Assembly (NCBI GenBank): GCA_963521235.1
Contig: CAUQUX010000001.1
Location: 1 to 34,742 of the forward strand
Source: an uncultured Veillonella sp.
GTDB lineage: Bacteria; Bacillota; Negativicutes; Veillonellales; Veillonellaceae
Reading direction: 5' to 3'
Length of the DNA: 34,742 nucleotides
Position numbers and translations under genes: made by a program. The notes below the pieces were generated by a model. It was not told the DNA's origin. It did no database searches and saw only the letters and a program-made list of their open reading frames with translations. Shown here in pieces: positions 33,116-34,742 of this stretch (its first letter is position 1; every line of letters begins with the position of its first letter).

Positions 33116-34216
33116 ATGGCGTTGAAACGCTCTAACGGATCGGGATCCGTTTACAAGATGAAACATAAGAAATTACGCAAGCCATTCCGTGCCGTCATCA
33201 CGACTGGATGGACGGATGAAGGTAAGCCAATTCGTAAAACTCTAGGCACATATGCCAGCCAAAAGGAAGCCTACGAGGCATTGGCTCTATTCTCCAATGA
33301 CCCTAGTGCACTAGAGAAAAAACAAGTGATTACCGTTGAGCAGTGCTTTCAATGGTATTTTGAAGAAGCCGAGCGCATGGGGCTTTCAGTAGGTCGGATA
33401 GAGGTAATTAATGCTGTTAAAAAGATGATGAAACCCATTCTACCAATGGATATCACGGCGCTAAGAACAGCTCATGTACAACCATATTTTGATAATTTTA
33501 CATATAGTAAATCATATCAAGAGGTTATAAAATCGACATTAATTAAAACTTGCAATATAGCCATTAAAAATGAAGTGCTCGTTAAAAATTACATGAAAGA
33601 TATTATTATCAGCAAGAATGCTACATCTATTAAGAAGGCCACTCCCTTCCGTGAAGAAGATATTCACAAATTATGGTTACACCAGGATGAGCAAATTGTA
33701 AAAATTGTGCTGATTTACATTTATACTGGAGTTCGGTTAAGTGAACTTTTATCCATGAAAGTAAATGATATTCACCTAAAAGAACGGTACATGGTAGGTG
33801 GTTCAAAGACCGATGCAGGGCGTGACCGAATCATACCTATTGCTGAATGCATCGCTCCATTCATCCAGGAGTTATACGCCACAGCTAAATTTAAGCGCTC
33901 AATATGCTTAATGGATGGCATTATTGGACAAGATGGATATAGAAGAAAATTGACCGAAATATGTGAGCGATTGGGGATGGATAGGCGCAAGCCACATGAT
34001 ACTCGCCATACGTTTATAACATTATGTAGCGATTACAGTATCCCCGAAATTATCATCAAAAACATCGTAGGGCATTCTACACAGAATAATATCACTCAGG
34101 GAGTTTATACTCATAAAACAATTGATCAGTATATCGATGCCGTGAATAAACTTCCGTTCGGTGATAGTCTCCAAAAGGTTGAGCAACGGTTGAGCAACCG
34201 TCTAGAAAATGCGTAA
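33116..34216 (+). CDS. int: Tyrosine integrase
   Basis: KRSNGSGSVY arm-binding N-terminus; YTGVR, KT, HDTRH, VGH, Y catalytic set; ATG 33116 behind AAAGGTGG. Confidence 0.96.
   Translation: MALKRSNGSGSVYKMKHKKLRKPFRAVITTGWTDEGKPIRKTLGTYASQKEAYEALALFSNDPSALEKKQVITVEQCFQWYFEEAERMGLSVGRIEVINAVKKMMKPILPMDITALRTAHVQPYFDNFTYSKSYQEVIKSTLIKTCNIAIKNEVLVKNYMKDIIISKNATSIKKATPFREEDIHKLWLHQDEQIVKIVLIYIYTGVRLSELLSMKVNDIHLKERYMVGGSKTDAGRDRIIPIAECIAPFIQELYATAKFKRSICLMDGIIGQDGYRRKLTEICERLGMDRRKPHDTRHTFITLCSDYSIPEIIIKNIVGHSTQNNITQGVYTHKTIDQYIDAVNKLPFGDSLQKVEQRLSNRLENA
34177..34198. repeat. Tandem 11-bp direct repeat, probable integrase arm-type sites
   Basis: GGTTGAGCAAC twice, inside the 3' end of int. Confidence 0.65.
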
Positions 34217-34232
34217 AATTAGAGCAAATCAA

Positions 34233-34280
34233 AAATTAGAAACCCCCGTAAACACGCACAGTTACGGGGGCTCTAAATTT
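34233..34280. terminator. Hairpin downstream of the integrase
   Basis: CCCCCGTAA (34243-34251) / TTACGGGGG (34262-34270) with an imperfect AT-rich extension. Confidence 0.55.
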
Positions 34281-34302
34281 ATGTAATTATAACCACTGTA
34301 TA

Positions 34303-34651
34303 GTTTGAGAAGGGGTGTGTTACGGTCTTCCCTTTATCTTATTCAGTTACAAACGCCTCAGGCTGCATAGCGAAACAAATGACGATACATTATGAAATAC
34401 CGTTTGTGAGGGGTATGCCGTGCTCTTCCCTTTGCCCTATTCAGTTACAACGCCACAAGGCTACATAGCGAAACAAGTTCCGTCACAAAAAGCCCCCAAA
34501 AGTAAATAGCCTTCTTTTCCTCTAAGTATCCTGTAAGCAAAAAGCACGCAACATGCTCCTGAGCAAACATTATGAAATACCGTTTGTGAAGGAGTGTGTT
34601 GCGTGCTTTCCTTATACTACTTCATGATTTATATGAAGGCTATTTACTTTT
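34303..34651. repeat. Host composite repeat with tandem units and nested inverted repeats
   Basis: Units 34303-34378 and 34402-34476; identical 23-mer at 34387 and 34567; inverted repeats 34498-34514/34635-34651 and 34541-34560/34590-34609. Confidence 0.85.
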
Positions 34652-34742
34652 TACTTTTTGATCCAAGGCATCAATTTACGTAATTCACCGCCCACTTCTT
34701 CTACTTGATGTGCTGCAGATTGTTTACGTTGTTCGTTAAGGT
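34651..34742 (-). CDS. ilvC: Ketol-acid reductoisomerase, 3' end (host gene, partial)
   Basis: Manual translation ...LNEQRKQSAAHQVEEVGGELRKLMPWIKK* matches the typical class I IlvC C-terminus (HxIExVGxxLRxxMPW); only 29 codons visible. Confidence 0.8.
   Translation of the reverse strand, partial: LNEQRKQSAAHQVEEVGGELRKLMPWIKK

Larger units (their letters stand above)
1..34310. mobile_element. Temperate prophage (myovirus-type, PBSX/xkd-like tail); left end outside the window
   Basis: Contiguous integrase, repressor, replication, packaging, head and contractile-tail gene order; host-type sequence (repeat, ilvC) starts about 90 bp after the integrase stop. Confidence 0.96.

Noticed and set aside
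32942..33166. 74-aa minus-strand ORF overlapping the integrase start
   Set aside because: It runs across the antisense promoter and terminator hairpins and has no RBS; the region is better explained as regulatory RNA
34276..34303. Possible dif/Xer site near the att region
   Set aside because: Only one arm partly resembles the Bacillota dif consensus, the other does not, and the element has its own integrase
34303..34610. Repeats beginning GTTTG(A/T)GA resemble type II CRISPR repeat starts
   Set aside because: Copies are degenerate and unevenly spaced (99 and 180 bp), the intervening sequences are themselves repeated rather than unique spacers, and no cas genes are in view

Overview
Almost the whole window (1 to ~34310) is one temperate, contractile-tailed prophage of a Bacillota host, with a PBSX/xkd-like tail and an SPP1-like portal and minor head protein. 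The host may be a Negativicute such as Veillonella, but that is only an impression. Reading the minus strand from right to left, the order is: cro and an accessory early region; YqaJ/RecT recombination; DUF4373-type initiator plus DnaC-like loader; RusA, SSB and a RinA/ArpU late activator; a pre-terminase cassette; terminase, portal, head, neck, sheath, tube, chaperone, tape measure and baseplate; and a tail fibre that runs off the left edge. No lysis module or second att site is in view. The plus strand carries cI, an ImmA-like protease and a tyrosine integrase. The last ~430 bp are host DNA: a nested palindromic repeat and the 3' end of ilvC. The most interesting items are: (1) a ParB-DUF4417 gene followed by two unrelated basic proteins that share an MGGRGA tag, N-terminal in one and hidden behind a possible pro-peptide in front of a JAB domain in the other; (2) a five-member paralogue array just after cro, with an HTH gene bracketed by 23-bp perfect repeats; (3) apparent integration into a structured host repeat; (4) a TerS-TerL fusion; (5) an amber-interrupted Cys-rich gene and a clear -1 chaperone frameshift. 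All family names come from motif recognition by eye; no searches were run.
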